A stretch of 64,000 nt of DNA from a virus (taxonomy: Duplodnaviria; Caudoviricetes), in IMG/VR virus record IMGVR_UViG_3300035522_000179, positions 185,614-249,613 of that record. One strand, 5' to 3'. The notes beneath the pieces were generated by a model, which was not told the DNA's origin, did not search any database, and was given only the letters and a program-made list of their open reading frames with translations. The translations under genes and the position numbers were made by a program. How positions within the stretch are numbered: position 1 is the stretch's first letter; each line of letters begins with the position of its first letter. This document shows, one piece after another, positions 20,917 to 31,722 of this stretch.

Positions 20917-21025
20917 CCTTTCTTAAAATTCTGTATTAGCTTAATGTTTTTCAACAAAAAACAATAACTACGTGAATCTGTAAGAAAAATCCCTAACTCC
21001 ATAAAAGAAGTTAGGGATTTTGTTT

Positions 21026-22561
21026 TTAATATTTCTTTGCATAATCTCTAGCAAGTTCATCTACATCATGTAAGTGAAAACTCTCAAGATACAAAGCTTT
21101 CGACATATTAAGGAGTGTATACTCCACAACTGCATTATCAAAAGCAGACTCTTTTGCTTCGGTGTTAGAACCTTTCTTAATCAGATCCTCTGCGGTCTTT
21201 GCAAAAGACTCAATGAAGCTGATTGCTGCAGAATAAACACTCATTCTTGCCATGTAAACATCATGCGCAATCTGATAAATGGTAACGACCTCTTTTGGAG
21301 TTGTGCACTTATTTGCCTTCGGAACCACAAATGCGTTTGCTTTGTTCACAAACTTCTTTCCATCGGGCTCCTTGAAGAAATCATCCAAAAGCTTTACGTC
21401 TTTCTTAAACTCCCCAATGGCTTCTCCGATAGAATATACCTGAGTCTTTCCCTTAGGGACTCTGTATTTCTGATACTTGATGTTATCAAACATGGTCTTT
21501 GACAATGCCTCATAAGCATCTGCAACCTCTCTTACTTTGGAAGTGGAGATAGGAGCTTTTACCGTAAGACCGGTGGTACTAGCAGAAAGAGAACTTGTCA
21601 GAGCGCTCGTCAACTTATCCGTGTTGATTTTACTTACGCTTGCTCTATAAGCAGTATAAACTGCTTTGTACATCTCATCCACCGTTGCCAAGAACTCAGA
21701 GTTCTTATTTGCAATTGCGTCTCTTGATTTATCTTCCAACTTCTGGTCGTGCTTTTCTTTCATGTTGCTAAACACACCCTCAAAGATAGGAGCATACTCA
21801 CAAGTTTCGGTAACTGCCTGATAAGGAGCAATCTTATTAAACTCATGAATCATCACAGACTCAAACAAAGAAGGAGTGTAAACAGAAGTCTTATTCAAAC
21901 CTCTTGCTCTTACTGCCTCTTCTACATCGCTTTCAGAAGTGATAGACTCATCGTTGGTAAGTTCCTCTTCCAGTTTCTGTCGGTCTTCTTTTTCTTTCTT
22001 TGCAAGTTCTACCTCAGAGATTGCAGTATCTCTTACATTGTCTTTGATTACATCACTCAAATCATCCAGATTATTATCCCGGATAATTGTCGCGAGTTTG
22101 TCATCGATCTCAGGAGTAATCTTAAAAGTATAATCCTCCTCGGTAATGGAATTCGGATCCATGGATTTTGCACGATACTGATCGGATACGATCTTCTCCA
22201 CCGACTCCAAAATATTTTTCATTACCGAAGCATTCTTATTCTTCTTGATTGCTTCCTTTACATAAAACGTAGCATCATTTCCATTGGTTCTTCTGGAAAT
22301 GTAATCTGCTACCACTTTATCCAAATCATCTACGGAAGCAGTTCTTCCGTTTATCTCAGGAATGGAATCCTGACAAACCTTTGTAAAAATACTATTCAAA
22401 CAGGTGTTCACGCCATCCTTCTTAGTGTCCTCCAAACGGCGTGCTTTGATTACCGGATCTGCTTGGACATCGTCTATCGCATTCTGATACCGACGCTGTT
22501 TGTTGAGTTCATCTATAAAGTTAATAACGCTATTTTCTGAATCCACAACTGGGTTACCCAT
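21026..22561 (-). CDS. putative virion head protein
   Basis: 511 aa with SLFE-S, IFE-G and AKE-SA motifs; AACA-N6-TA at 22596-22607. Confidence 0.55.
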   Translation of the reverse strand: MGNPVVDSENSVINFIDELNKQRRYQNAIDDVQADPVIKARRLEDTKKDGVNTCLNSIFTKVCQDSIPEINGRTASVDDLDKVVADYISRRTNGNDATFYVKEAIKKNKNASVMKNILESVEKIVSDQYRAKSMDPNSITEEDYTFKITPEIDDKLATIIRDNNLDDLSDVIKDNVRDTAISEVELAKKEKEDRQKLEEELTNDESITSESDVEEAVRARGLNKTSVYTPSLFESVMIHEFNKIAPYQAVTETCEYAPIFEGVFSNMKEKHDQKLEDKSRDAIANKNSEFLATVDEMYKAVYTAYRASVSKINTDKLTSALTSSLSASTTGLTVKAPISTSKVREVADAYEALSKTMFDNIKYQKYRVPKGKTQVYSIGEAIGEFKKDVKLLDDFFKEPDGKKFVNKANAFVVPKANKCTTPKEVVTIYQIAHDVYMARMSVYSAAISFIESFAKTAEDLIKKGSNTEAKESAFDNAVVEYTLLNMSKALYLESFHLHDVDELARDYAKKY

Positions 22562-22676
22562 AGTTTTTTCACCCTTTCCTTATTATAGTTAAATTTAATA
22601 CAATGTTTTTTCAATATATACGAACTTGTGAAAATAAATCAGTAAAAAAGGGAGAGGAAACCCTCTCCCTAATAAG

Positions 22677-25600
22677 TTACTCCTCAATATAGAACGTTAA
22701 GCAAATCTGATCTTTGTTAATGCAAAGCATTTCAGGTACATAAGCAAAACGCTCTTCTTTACTAAGTTCATCCAAATCTTTCGTAATATTTTTAATGGAC
22801 TGATAATCAGAGGAATATCCCATCTCATCGGTTAATGCATAACTACCTGTAGACGATACTTCTCCATTGATACCAACGAACTTCAAATGATCTACATAAG
22901 CAAAGTTATTCTCAATAGACCGCATAAGGTTTGAAATATGGAAATCATTACTTCCATTCTCATTTAAGGTCTCGATACTATCTTTGATGTAGAGTTTGAG
23001 TTCATCTTGTACTTTCAGGATATCCGTACCGGCAACTAGATAAATACAAAATGCGATACTCATATTTACCCTGTCAATCAGTTCATCTTCATCTCCAATA
23101 ATATAATTCTTACTCTTTCCGTAAGTATTATAAAACTTCAAATCAATATAAGAAGCTTGACACAAAGAAGAAGAAAGTACGGTTTCCAAATGTTTGTACT
23201 GATCATAAAACGTACTGATCATGTAGGTAAACATCTCAAACTGCGTTACTCCAGACTCATTCTTTGCAAGCTCTCCTCTGGAATCATAATGCTGAAGCAG
23301 AGAGTATTTTACCATCGGAGAAGAATACAGATAAATATCTCCATAAGAGACATTATACAATCTGTCATCTCTAAAGTACATACTGCTTCGAACCATCGTC
23401 AGAGGTTTGATCAAATCCACTCGATCACTAAAGGTGGAATAAATATTGGTCCACTGATAGTTATAGAGGTTAAAGAATAATTCATTGGAAGGATAGTTGT
23501 TGGTAACACAATCATCCGGGTCCTCATATTCTTTGGTAAGTACGACAAATCGAATCTCCAAGTCTTCCATAGGAACCAACTTCGAAGAACTATTTGTTAC
23601 ATAAACAAAGTTTCCATGAATAGCAGAAGTATCTTCTTCCTCCTCATCGTCCTCTGTTTCTGTAGTAGTTCCTGTTGTGGAACTAGAAGAAGTGGACGAA
23701 GAACTTGAAGAAGTTTCACTATCCAGTGTGGAAACATCGGTTTCGTTATAGGATCCTTCTTCGGTTTCTCCGCTTTCGGATCCATCCATATATTCTCTTT
23801 CATTCACCCATACCTTCAACACTTCGGATTCATCCATCGTGTATTCAGTTCCTTCATCTTCTTCCAGGTGAATGGTATATCCAAGTTGTGTTGGCGTATA
23901 TTCATCCAACTGCATTTGATTTCCTAATGTCACATGGTCATTCACGATGAAACTACACTGGAAGGTAATCACATCATTTTCGGAATCATAAGCACTGGGA
24001 ACCATTTCAATATAACAAGCTTCTACTCCGCCATCCATAATCACCATCATCAAACGAAGATAATTGTTTTCCAACTGAGATCTTCTTGGTACATAACTTG
24101 ATTTCGAAATTCCAGGAATCAATAGATCTGGATTCCACTGCATGGAACTCATCATCTTTACCGTCACGGTATATTTCTTTTCTTGTGCAAGAGGTCTTTC
24201 AAACTTTGCAGAAGTCATTACAAACTGTAACGGCGTATCAATATTGTAATTTGTAAAATCAAGCAAAGACTCTTGATTGATAATTGTTAAGTAATAATTC
24301 ACTAAGCCAGGATGCTTCGTGATACTCATAAGAAACGGATTTGCATAAACAAAATCATTCGCTTGAATCCGATCTTCGATTTCATCGGTATCAAACACGG
24401 TACAACAAAAATCGTTGATATTCGTTTTTCCTTTGGAAATCATCTTCTGATGACAGCAATAACAAGTCTCTTCTCCATCTTCATTGATGAAGGTCTTATG
24501 AGAATGATATCCACAATCCGGATTTTCACAGGTATACATGATATTATTTACATAGTAAAGAAGGGTTTCATTCTCTTCTTTTGAGTAAACCCAATTCTCT
24601 TCCCAATCGGGATCATCCTTATCATAATCCGGATTTACAGAAGGGTCTACCTCATGCAACCATGCAAAATAATCTTTTACGATACACTCTGCAACGTTCT
24701 GACCTTGGAAGTTATGAATATATTTCACTTCATTAAATCCCAATTTGTAATAAGGTGTGACTCGATTTGTATTTCCATCATACGTATAAAGATGACCAGG
24801 TTCATGGGTATAAATATATCCACCATCTGGATTATTCCAATACGTATAGTTCATCGAGATATCCAGTGTGTTTGTGGGATAGACATAATCCTCATTCTTA
24901 CAAACCATATATCCCGTATAAAGTCTGGATGCTAAATCATCTCTTCTCTTAATGAAGTTGATGATGTTGTTATTTCGATTCTCATAAGCATTGAAGTAAA
25001 GTTCCAAATCGTTGTCTGTACTAAGTACATTTGCGGTACTAAATTGATTGGTAACTAACGTTCTCAACTCTTCAATGTCAATATTATCTTTACCACCAGA
25101 GGAAGCTCCATGAACCATTGCATTGATAATGAAGTTTTCATTATAAGAATAACTCTCTACATCTTTAGAAATGCTTACATCGGTTCCTGTATAAGTAGTA
25201 AAGTTTCCAGCTTCTCCTAACGTGGTATAAACGATTACTTTTACTTCCGAGTTAAACTCTGGTTGGAAGTAAGAATCTGACAAGGAGAAAAGTAATCGAA
25301 GGATGTTCTCATCCACGATCTTATAATAACAAAACGGATCTTTCTCCGGAAGGGAATTATCCACCTTTGTAATCATCTGCGTCCATTCGGTATCTCCAGG
25401 AGCTTTGTACCAAGCATCAAACCCAGCAATAATTCCACTAAACTCCACATCCACTACAGGATAGTTTAAAGCAGAGTTATCAATGATACTATAAGTCTCC
25501 TCATATCTCGTACACTGATGTGCGCGAATTTCCAAACCAAAGAATCCATCCACGGTTCTACGAATCTTGATATAAGGATTGGTAATTGTAGAAATGGAGT

Positions 25601-26132
25601 TGGTAAACTCTGTGGTTACATACTTTGCTCCATATACATATTCCGTAGAAGAAAGCTTCGTTTTCTTTCTGGTAATCTCAATATCATAATCCAAAATAAA
25701 TGGAATATCTTCTACATAAATCGTTGTGTTCTTTCCAATATAGATACAGTTTTCATTTCCCGGAGTAGCAGATAAGTTTGCTTCATCAAATACATCACTT
25801 AATTCGGACTCACTAAAAACCAAAAGGAAAGTACATTCAGCTGCAGAACCTTGCACGTCCGATAACTGGAAGATTGCTGCATAGCTATAAATAGATTCTG
25901 GCAAACTTGCCTTCGTAATAAAGAATTCTTTTAAAAGTGTCGATACGGCATTAAATCCATCTTCGGATATGACTGCCAACTGCTCTGTTGTCAAACCCAG
26001 TAATCCTGACATTCTCGTTGAGATGTCTTGGTCTGGGAAATATTTCGGTATTAATACGTCTGTGGTCAACTCTTTGAAATCAAAGTTGTCACGGTAATTT
26101 CTTGTAACAGATTGATCTGCCAACAGTTTCAC
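22677..26132 (-). CDS. baseplate wedge protein (T4 gp6-like) with insertions
   Basis: EFFITKASLPESIYSYA, YTTLGEAGN and ASSGGKDNIDIEELR motifs typical of gp6/J-like wedges. Confidence 0.7.
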   Translation of the reverse strand: MKLLADQSVTRNYRDNFDFKELTTDVLIPKYFPDQDISTRMSGLLGLTTEQLAVISEDGFNAVSTLLKEFFITKASLPESIYSYAAIFQLSDVQGSAAECTFLLVFSESELSDVFDEANLSATPGNENCIYIGKNTTIYVEDIPFILDYDIEITRKKTKLSSTEYVYGAKYVTTEFTNSISTITNPYIKIRRTVDGFFGLEIRAHQCTRYEETYSIIDNSALNYPVVDVEFSGIIAGFDAWYKAPGDTEWTQMITKVDNSLPEKDPFCYYKIVDENILRLLFSLSDSYFQPEFNSEVKVIVYTTLGEAGNFTTYTGTDVSISKDVESYSYNENFIINAMVHGASSGGKDNIDIEELRTLVTNQFSTANVLSTDNDLELYFNAYENRNNNIINFIKRRDDLASRLYTGYMVCKNEDYVYPTNTLDISMNYTYWNNPDGGYIYTHEPGHLYTYDGNTNRVTPYYKLGFNEVKYIHNFQGQNVAECIVKDYFAWLHEVDPSVNPDYDKDDPDWEENWVYSKEENETLLYYVNNIMYTCENPDCGYHSHKTFINEDGEETCYCCHQKMISKGKTNINDFCCTVFDTDEIEDRIQANDFVYANPFLMSITKHPGLVNYYLTIINQESLLDFTNYNIDTPLQFVMTSAKFERPLAQEKKYTVTVKMMSSMQWNPDLLIPGISKSSYVPRRSQLENNYLRLMMVIMDGGVEACYIEMVPSAYDSENDVITFQCSFIVNDHVTLGNQMQLDEYTPTQLGYTIHLEEDEGTEYTMDESEVLKVWVNEREYMDGSESGETEEGSYNETDVSTLDSETSSSSSSTSSSSTTGTTTETEDDEEEEDTSAIHGNFVYVTNSSSKLVPMEDLEIRFVVLTKEYEDPDDCVTNNYPSNELFFNLYNYQWTNIYSTFSDRVDLIKPLTMVRSSMYFRDDRLYNVSYGDIYLYSSPMVKYSLLQHYDSRGELAKNESGVTQFEMFTYMISTFYDQYKHLETVLSSSLCQASYIDLKFYNTYGKSKNYIIGDEDELIDRVNMSIAFCIYLVAGTDILKVQDELKLYIKDSIETLNENGSNDFHISNLMRSIENNFAYVDHLKFVGINGEVSSTGSYALTDEMGYSSDYQSIKNITKDLDELSKEERFAYVPEMLCINKDQICLTFYIEE

Positions 26133-26141
26133 CTCATTTCA

Positions 26142-27554
26142 TTATTCAGGTCTAAACCTTAATTTATAAACGAGCTTTCCGTTTTCTGTAACGGACTCAA
26201 TAAAGGGTGCTCCTACCCAGGTATTTCCTGTACCAAAAAACTCATCATTATAAGTTTTTTCGTAAGTAAATCCAGTTCCTACTTCTGAGTTTGCATTAAA
26301 CTCAGTAATTAACTCTACTTCGTTATCTCTCTTCCAAGAGTATTGATAAGTAATGCTCATACTTGGATTTGATAGTTGTTCTCCCTTGGTCCAACTAAGG
26401 ACAGAATCTGGAACATTGGTTGGAAAGATTCCATAAAGTTTCGCCCAATAGATAATATCTTCACCATTCTCTCCACATAAAATATAGTAGCAAGAAGCAG
26501 CATAATCCAATTCTTTGTTGAATAGATGGTTATCATTTGGACGATAGACTCCTTTTTTCACTCCATCAATGTAATTAATCCATAGTTGATGCAATCTTAA
26601 AATGCTAAGATTCTTATCCTCTGAAAAGCTAATAGATACATCTGATGCAGCAACAGAACTATCGATTGTTTTACCATAAGCAATTGTGTATCCATAAAAG
26701 TTTCTTCCATACACATCGGTATTTAAAGATCGATCTCTCGTCTCAAAACTAGTCACTTGGTTCGAAGGAAGCATCATGAAATCATGATCAAACCCAACGG
26801 TACTACATAATTGCATCAATAGTTCTTTTCGGTTTTTAAATTCCAACTTAAAGTCACTATTATTGGCAACCGTTTTTGTCAGTTCATAAGTATTCGAACC
26901 AAGGTAATTTAAGATATTACAATCTGGTCTGGTAAAAAATACATGACCAAAGGTTTTTGCCAATGCAATATCCGGAACTGGAACTTTGAACCGGTTATAA
27001 AGCGTTGAGTTTTTAGCAACTAAAGAATCCACGCTTCCTGTTATAATATTGACGCTTCTTCTTAAATCTTGCAATGCGTCAGATAAATAATAAGAAGATC
27101 TCTCCAGTTTATCAAAACTTTCTAACTTTCCAGGGGTTACCTCAACCGTATTTCCTGTCTGTTCAGTTACGATATTACTAGCCATACCAGATGTAGTTCT
27201 GGCAACTGCAACGTAAGAATCCGAAGAGGGATTGTTATCTCCTCCGGTTGCTTTGGAAGATACCGTCGTTGTAGAAGAACTTGTAGTAGATGCTGCTCTA
27301 GCTGCAGCTCTTCTGGAAGTAGATGCTACTTTTAAGTAAGCATAACTAAGAGATGGGTGTTGCTGTATAACCCATCCCGAATAAGTGTCTGAAGTAATTC
27401 TAGCCCACTGAATATTATTAATCACTTTGGTTTCTTCAATTGTCACAGTGGTTCCTTTTTCCAAGGTACCGATTAAGTTTGTATCTCTTGCACTTGCAAC
27501 AGAGTAAACCTTTAGTGAAGATCTTTTGGTATCTACGACTGCTATTGTACTCAA
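26142..27554 (-). CDS. SH3b-containing tail tube / baseplate junction protein
   Basis: N-terminal SH3b-like GTLEKGTTVTI...WARI...YSGWV; C-terminal tube-like YWAKLYGIFPTNVP; AACA-N6-TA at 27589-27600. Confidence 0.6.
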   Translation of the reverse strand: MSTIAVVDTKRSSLKVYSVASARDTNLIGTLEKGTTVTIEETKVINNIQWARITSDTYSGWVIQQHPSLSYAYLKVASTSRRAAARAASTTSSSTTTVSSKATGGDNNPSSDSYVAVARTTSGMASNIVTEQTGNTVEVTPGKLESFDKLERSSYYLSDALQDLRRSVNIITGSVDSLVAKNSTLYNRFKVPVPDIALAKTFGHVFFTRPDCNILNYLGSNTYELTKTVANNSDFKLEFKNRKELLMQLCSTVGFDHDFMMLPSNQVTSFETRDRSLNTDVYGRNFYGYTIAYGKTIDSSVAASDVSISFSEDKNLSILRLHQLWINYIDGVKKGVYRPNDNHLFNKELDYAASCYYILCGENGEDIIYWAKLYGIFPTNVPDSVLSWTKGEQLSNPSMSITYQYSWKRDNEVELITEFNANSEVGTGFTYEKTYNDEFFGTGNTWVGAPFIESVTENGKLVYKLRFRPE

Positions 27555-27627
27555 TATCTATACACCTTCTTTCCGTCGTTTATACACTTAACCTATTGTT
27601 TTTTCTAGGGATTTTAACCACTTATTG

Positions 27628-27636
27628 ATATATTAT
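27628..27636 (+). promoter_or_regulatory. early-type phage promoter ATATATTAT
   Basis: Upstream of the acidic-tail ORF; lies inside the TTG-extended ORF call, so the true start is downstream. Confidence 0.7.
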
Positions 27637-27675
27637 ATTCATAGAAATAAAGAAAAAGAAAGGATGGATTCAGTT

Positions 27676-28065
27676 ATGAAAATATCTTTAGACGTATTAC
27701 TAGCTGCTGGAAAAGGGATTCTTACAGGAGTAGAAAAGCATATATCTGAAAGTGATGATGCTCAGAAAATGATATTTGGCTCCTATACAAATGGAAAACC
27801 TAGAAGTCTTGCGGATGCAATCAGTGGGGAAATCATTCACCCGGAGGACAAGTTACTTATTACACAGCGGTTGGAAGAGCACAAGAAATTAAAAGAAGCA
27901 AAGGAGAAGAAAGGAAAGAAGTATGCAAAGATAGACATGGATGAGTTGGATTCCGTATTTTATGACGATGATGAAGATGACGACGATGAGTATGATGAAT
28001 GGGATGATGATGACGACGACGAGGATGATGATGACGGTTATAATGTGAACGTCACCTTCTTTTAA
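27676..28065 (+). CDS. early protein with poly-Asp/Glu C-terminal tail
   Basis: Start revised to the ATG after the gaaagga RBS; C-terminal run YDDDEDDDDEYDEWDDDDDDEDDDDG. Confidence 0.7.
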   Translation: MKISLDVLLAAGKGILTGVEKHISESDDAQKMIFGSYTNGKPRSLADAISGEIIHPEDKLLITQRLEEHKKLKEAKEKKGKKYAKIDMDELDSVFYDDDEDDDDEYDEWDDDDDDEDDDDGYNVNVTFF

Positions 28066-28168
28066 ATAAACATAGAAAGAATAGCTGGTTTTATTGGGCT
28101 ATTCTTTTTTTCGTTTCTTTTTAGATTTGGACAATTTATTAAAAATGAAATGAAAGGACGAAACGATT

Positions 28169-29398
28169 ATGGCATTCTTATTGGACGAAGAACGTTTTGT
28201 AGAAGAGAATATCCTTAAGTATGATGAACGCTTAGAGAATCCTTCTATTCGTTTTTTAGAGCAAACACCTACCTTCGTAACATATTTTCATATTAACATA
28301 AATGAATCCACATCCGATGAAGGATTCAAAGACATTGAAACCGTGATTGGAAATAAGTCTCCTCTTCGGTTTCAGAAGATTGAGAAGTTTCCGATTTATG
28401 GATTAGACCAAATCATTCTTCAGTTGGAAGATACTGATGTGGGAATTGATTCCTCTTATGAAGGGGAAGCAGTAATCCTTCCAAATACTGTAAAAGCACT
28501 TCCGAATGATTACTTTGTGATTCCTTATGTGGGAGAATCTCATTTATTTCGAGTAACCAGTATTGAGCATGATAATATCCGACCGGATAACTTTTATAAG
28601 ATTCATTTCAAACTGGATACCATTGATGAAGATAAAAGAGAATCTTTAGATAAACAGGTTCATGATAAGTACACTTGTATCATGGAAAACATTGGAAGTG
28701 AAAACAAGTGTATCATTCAAGAAGATTACAAAGAGAGATTAGATATTATCGATAAGATGTATTCCGACATGGTAAGTCTGTATCTTTCTATTTTTTACAA
28801 CGACCGATACAATATCCTTCTTGGAGAAATGGACAACGGATACAGTTTGTATGATCCGTACATGACAACATTCATCAACAACCATTCTTTATTCCAAAAG
28901 AAAAATAGTTTGGAAACGATCTTCTTAGAAGAAGATGAGTTCTTTGATAATAAGAAGACACTCAAATACGAAAGAAGTATTTATCGCTTCTTTGAAAGAA
29001 AAGATATCAATCTCTTAAAACCGTTTCTTTATACAACCTTTAAAGGAATGGGACGAAAAGAATCTGCATTTGCAAAGTGGGAAGATGAATCTGTTTATGT
29101 AGTGGATCTTCCTTCGATGATCAATCCGGAAAACTGTTATCGGATTCTTTCAGATCATGCAGTAGAAACGATTCGATTAAATGGACCAACCAATTCAAAG
29201 TATATGGAGTTGATCAAGAAGTTCATTCGAAATGAAAAGATTGGACTCTTTGATATTGATACTTCCTTAAACGATGAACTGATTAAATTAGATGCAAATC
29301 TGGAAATGTTCTTTATTACTCCTCTTCTTCTTTATATCATTAAAGAAGTAATCAAAGAGTTTTATAAGACTGGTGTGGAATTTGCAGATGAAGTGTAA
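28169..29398 (+). CDS. putative virion structural (neck/head-completion-like) protein
   Basis: 409 aa; GACA-N6-TA at 28130-28141; GEAVILP...DYFVI...FRVTSIE beta-barrel-like pattern. Confidence 0.45.
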   Translation: MAFLLDEERFVEENILKYDERLENPSIRFLEQTPTFVTYFHININESTSDEGFKDIETVIGNKSPLRFQKIEKFPIYGLDQIILQLEDTDVGIDSSYEGEAVILPNTVKALPNDYFVIPYVGESHLFRVTSIEHDNIRPDNFYKIHFKLDTIDEDKRESLDKQVHDKYTCIMENIGSENKCIIQEDYKERLDIIDKMYSDMVSLYLSIFYNDRYNILLGEMDNGYSLYDPYMTTFINNHSLFQKKNSLETIFLEEDEFFDNKKTLKYERSIYRFFERKDINLLKPFLYTTFKGMGRKESAFAKWEDESVYVVDLPSMINPENCYRILSDHAVETIRLNGPTNSKYMELIKKFIRNEKIGLFDIDTSLNDELIKLDANLEMFFITPLLLYIIKEVIKEFYKTGVEFADEV

Positions 29399-29439
29399 AA
29401 ATATCCCTACTCACAAAATATGTGAGTAGGGATTTCTTA

Positions 29440-29727
29440 TTACTGCTCTACCAGTGATTCATCATTAGAATCATCTTCTGTTGCATCATAAACCACTTCA
29501 TCAGCCGGTTTAAAAGATTCTGCTTCTACTACCTCAGCATTCTTTGTCTCATTGGGATAAACCACCTGAGCCTGCTGAACAGTACCACCCTTGGAAAGGG
29601 TATTGAAGATGTCAACGATCACTTTCATGTTATCGATTCCTCTTACCGGAATCTCCGTATCAATTCTTTCCAGCAAATTTTCAATCAGATCCTTGTCATA
29701 AACAACAACGTCCTTCATCTCTGCCAT
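29440..29727 (-). CDS. small protein, paralogue of 49450..49674
   Basis: VVYDKDLIENLLERIDTEIPVRGIDN aligns with IVYTKDDIDECLESFNTLTITGWEN. Confidence 0.7.
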   Translation of the reverse strand: MAEMKDVVVYDKDLIENLLERIDTEIPVRGIDNMKVIVDIFNTLSKGGTVQQAQVVYPNETKNAEVVEAESFKPADEVVYDATEDDSNDESLVEQ

Positions 29728-29811
29728 TTTAAATATCCTCCTTTTGGATTTAAAGTATTAAAGATATGTATTGATTCTAATAAAAAATAAAAAAAGAGGG
29801 AAACCCTCTTT

Positions 29812-30810
29812 TTATACAATCTTTTGAATGATCTTTTTGATCTTCTTATTTCCAGATAAGAACCCGACATAACTGAGTGCTCTACATCCTTCTCTCAAAT
29901 ACGGATTGTAGTTCACATCCGAAAAATCATATGCAAGAATCGGAAGGGATCCAACGTAGCACTGATACATCGTTTGCTCATTCCCATAATTTTTCTTATC
30001 GAGAATGCAAGACCCCAAAACTTCCAAGATCGTTTTAATCGCATCACGATCTTTAAATCTGGTCCCTTCCGGCACCATCAACTTGTTCTTTACATCTCCA
30101 CATCCAGTGGTTACAATATATCCCAACATACAGATGTTTTGAATGAATGCATCATCCGGAACTTTTGCTCCTGCGAAAAATCCAGTATCTACCATTTCCT
30201 CCAAATGATCCAGTTCTTTAAGCACCACATTAACAACTTTCTTTTTCGCCTTCTGTTCCCTGGAGGTTCCCATAATGTCGAGTTCGAAAAGTTTCCTAAG
30301 TTCATCCTCACAATCTTCACCTTTCATAAATTTCGTAGAGAAATTCGTAATACACGAAGAGATCTGAAAGATCAAATTCAGTTCTCCTTTTGCTGTTGAT
30401 TTCTCAGATCGATAAGACATCTCGCTTGCTAAGATTTCCGATATCCGATCATCAATAGAAGAGATGATCATACTGATAAATCTTCCTTTGAAGATTTCAC
30501 TGTTTTCTTCAACAGAATTAAATCTCCCTTTCCAAAGTTTAGATGCATAGAATCTTTCTGATTCATCTAAACCTGTTGCTTTCCCAGTCTCCAAAAAGGT
30601 AGGACTAAGAACTGGAAATCCATGAACCACTTTCATCAAGTTCTCCACGGTTTTATGGAACTCTCTTAACGCCACATTCACCTTGATTTCGTTATCTAGT
30701 CTTTTATTGATTGGTGTAAGAGCGAAGTTGGTATCACTGGATACGGAAGCTACTGGAGAAGATAGATACTGTATTACATCCATAGATGTGATTGCTTCTT
30801 TCTTTTTCAT
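29812..30810 (-). CDS. hypothetical early protein
   Basis: 332 aa, aggagg RBS, ATATATTAT at 30837-30845. Confidence 0.8.
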   Translation of the reverse strand: MKKKEAITSMDVIQYLSSPVASVSSDTNFALTPINKRLDNEIKVNVALREFHKTVENLMKVVHGFPVLSPTFLETGKATGLDESERFYASKLWKGRFNSVEENSEIFKGRFISMIISSIDDRISEILASEMSYRSEKSTAKGELNLIFQISSCITNFSTKFMKGEDCEDELRKLFELDIMGTSREQKAKKKVVNVVLKELDHLEEMVDTGFFAGAKVPDDAFIQNICMLGYIVTTGCGDVKNKLMVPEGTRFKDRDAIKTILEVLGSCILDKKNYGNEQTMYQCYVGSLPILAYDFSDVNYNPYLREGCRALSYVGFLSGNKKIKKIIQKIV

Positions 30811-30836
30811 TTTAAAACCTCCTTTTCTCTAATAAA

Positions 30837-30845
30837 ATAATATAT
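30837..30845 (-). promoter_or_regulatory. early-type phage promoter ATATATTAT
   Basis: Intergenic copy. Confidence 0.75.
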
Positions 30846-30877
30846 GATTTCTTTCAAATCCCATCAAATCTAGATAT

Positions 30878-31254
30878 TTATGCAGGGTTGCAACACGGGC
30901 AGGTTTCTTCCGGTAACATAAAATCCCTTGAAACATATCCTGTGTGCCTTCTATAAAATATCGGATGATTAGATATTTCGGATTTAGCAGGATCAACATG
31001 ATGACCTGATTCAAGATATCTTGTTAAATCACTTTCACTAACTGATAAGAAGAACCTATTTTCATCCCTTATGAATTTCGTACTTCCAGAGGATTGCTCA
31101 TGAACATATCTTAAATTATGGGTTTTGAAGGTGTCATCAATAACATAATAGTTATCTTTACAAATTTCTACCTCTGACGTAAGTAAAATATGATAAAATG
31201 AAGATACACATTGATTTTTGGCAGTATCTTCTGTCTTGTCTATATTTACATGCA
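30878..31254 (-). CDS. hypothetical protein with C-terminal CPCC
   Basis: ORF 30878..31279; the probable start is MHVNID (near 31252), overlapping the upstream stop. Start coordinate is approximate. Confidence 0.55.
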
Positions 31255-31722
31255 TTCTGATCCCCTCCCCTCTGCACATCCTTCCGTATTGATAAATTCT
31301 CCACTTCCTTCCACTTCCATCATCATTGCATATCTTGAAACCTGCTTTGACATGAAATTGTATTTCTTAAGTTCCATATTCACTCCTAATATCGTATCTA
31401 GACCTGGATCAAAATCTTCTTCATCTCTTATCCATAATTCATGTGATGAGTAAATCAGATCTTCTTCACTCCTCATATATTTTCTTGTGATACGCTGACG
31501 TACATCATCAGATTTATAAATCTTTTGTCTTTCAATAGACAAAGACCTTACGAGTCTAACTTCATTATCAAATGCCTTAATTGGAGTTGTTTCTCTTAAA
31601 CGAAAGTTTTCAGTCCATATCTGGCTTCTACTCGGGAATTCACGGGTTGGTAACATCACTATACTCCTTCGATTGGTTTTGGTGAATAAATTCACTATGT
31701 TGCTCATTGTAACTTTTGTCAT
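31246..31722 (-). CDS. hypothetical protein
   Basis: 158-aa ORF in an early operon; start uncertain. Confidence 0.55.
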   Translation of the reverse strand: MTKVTMSNIVNLFTKTNRRSIVMLPTREFPSRSQIWTENFRLRETTPIKAFDNEVRLVRSLSIERQKIYKSDDVRQRITRKYMRSEEDLIYSSHELWIRDEEDFDPGLDTILGVNMELKKYNFMSKQVSRYAMMMEVEGSGEFINTEGCAEGRGSECM

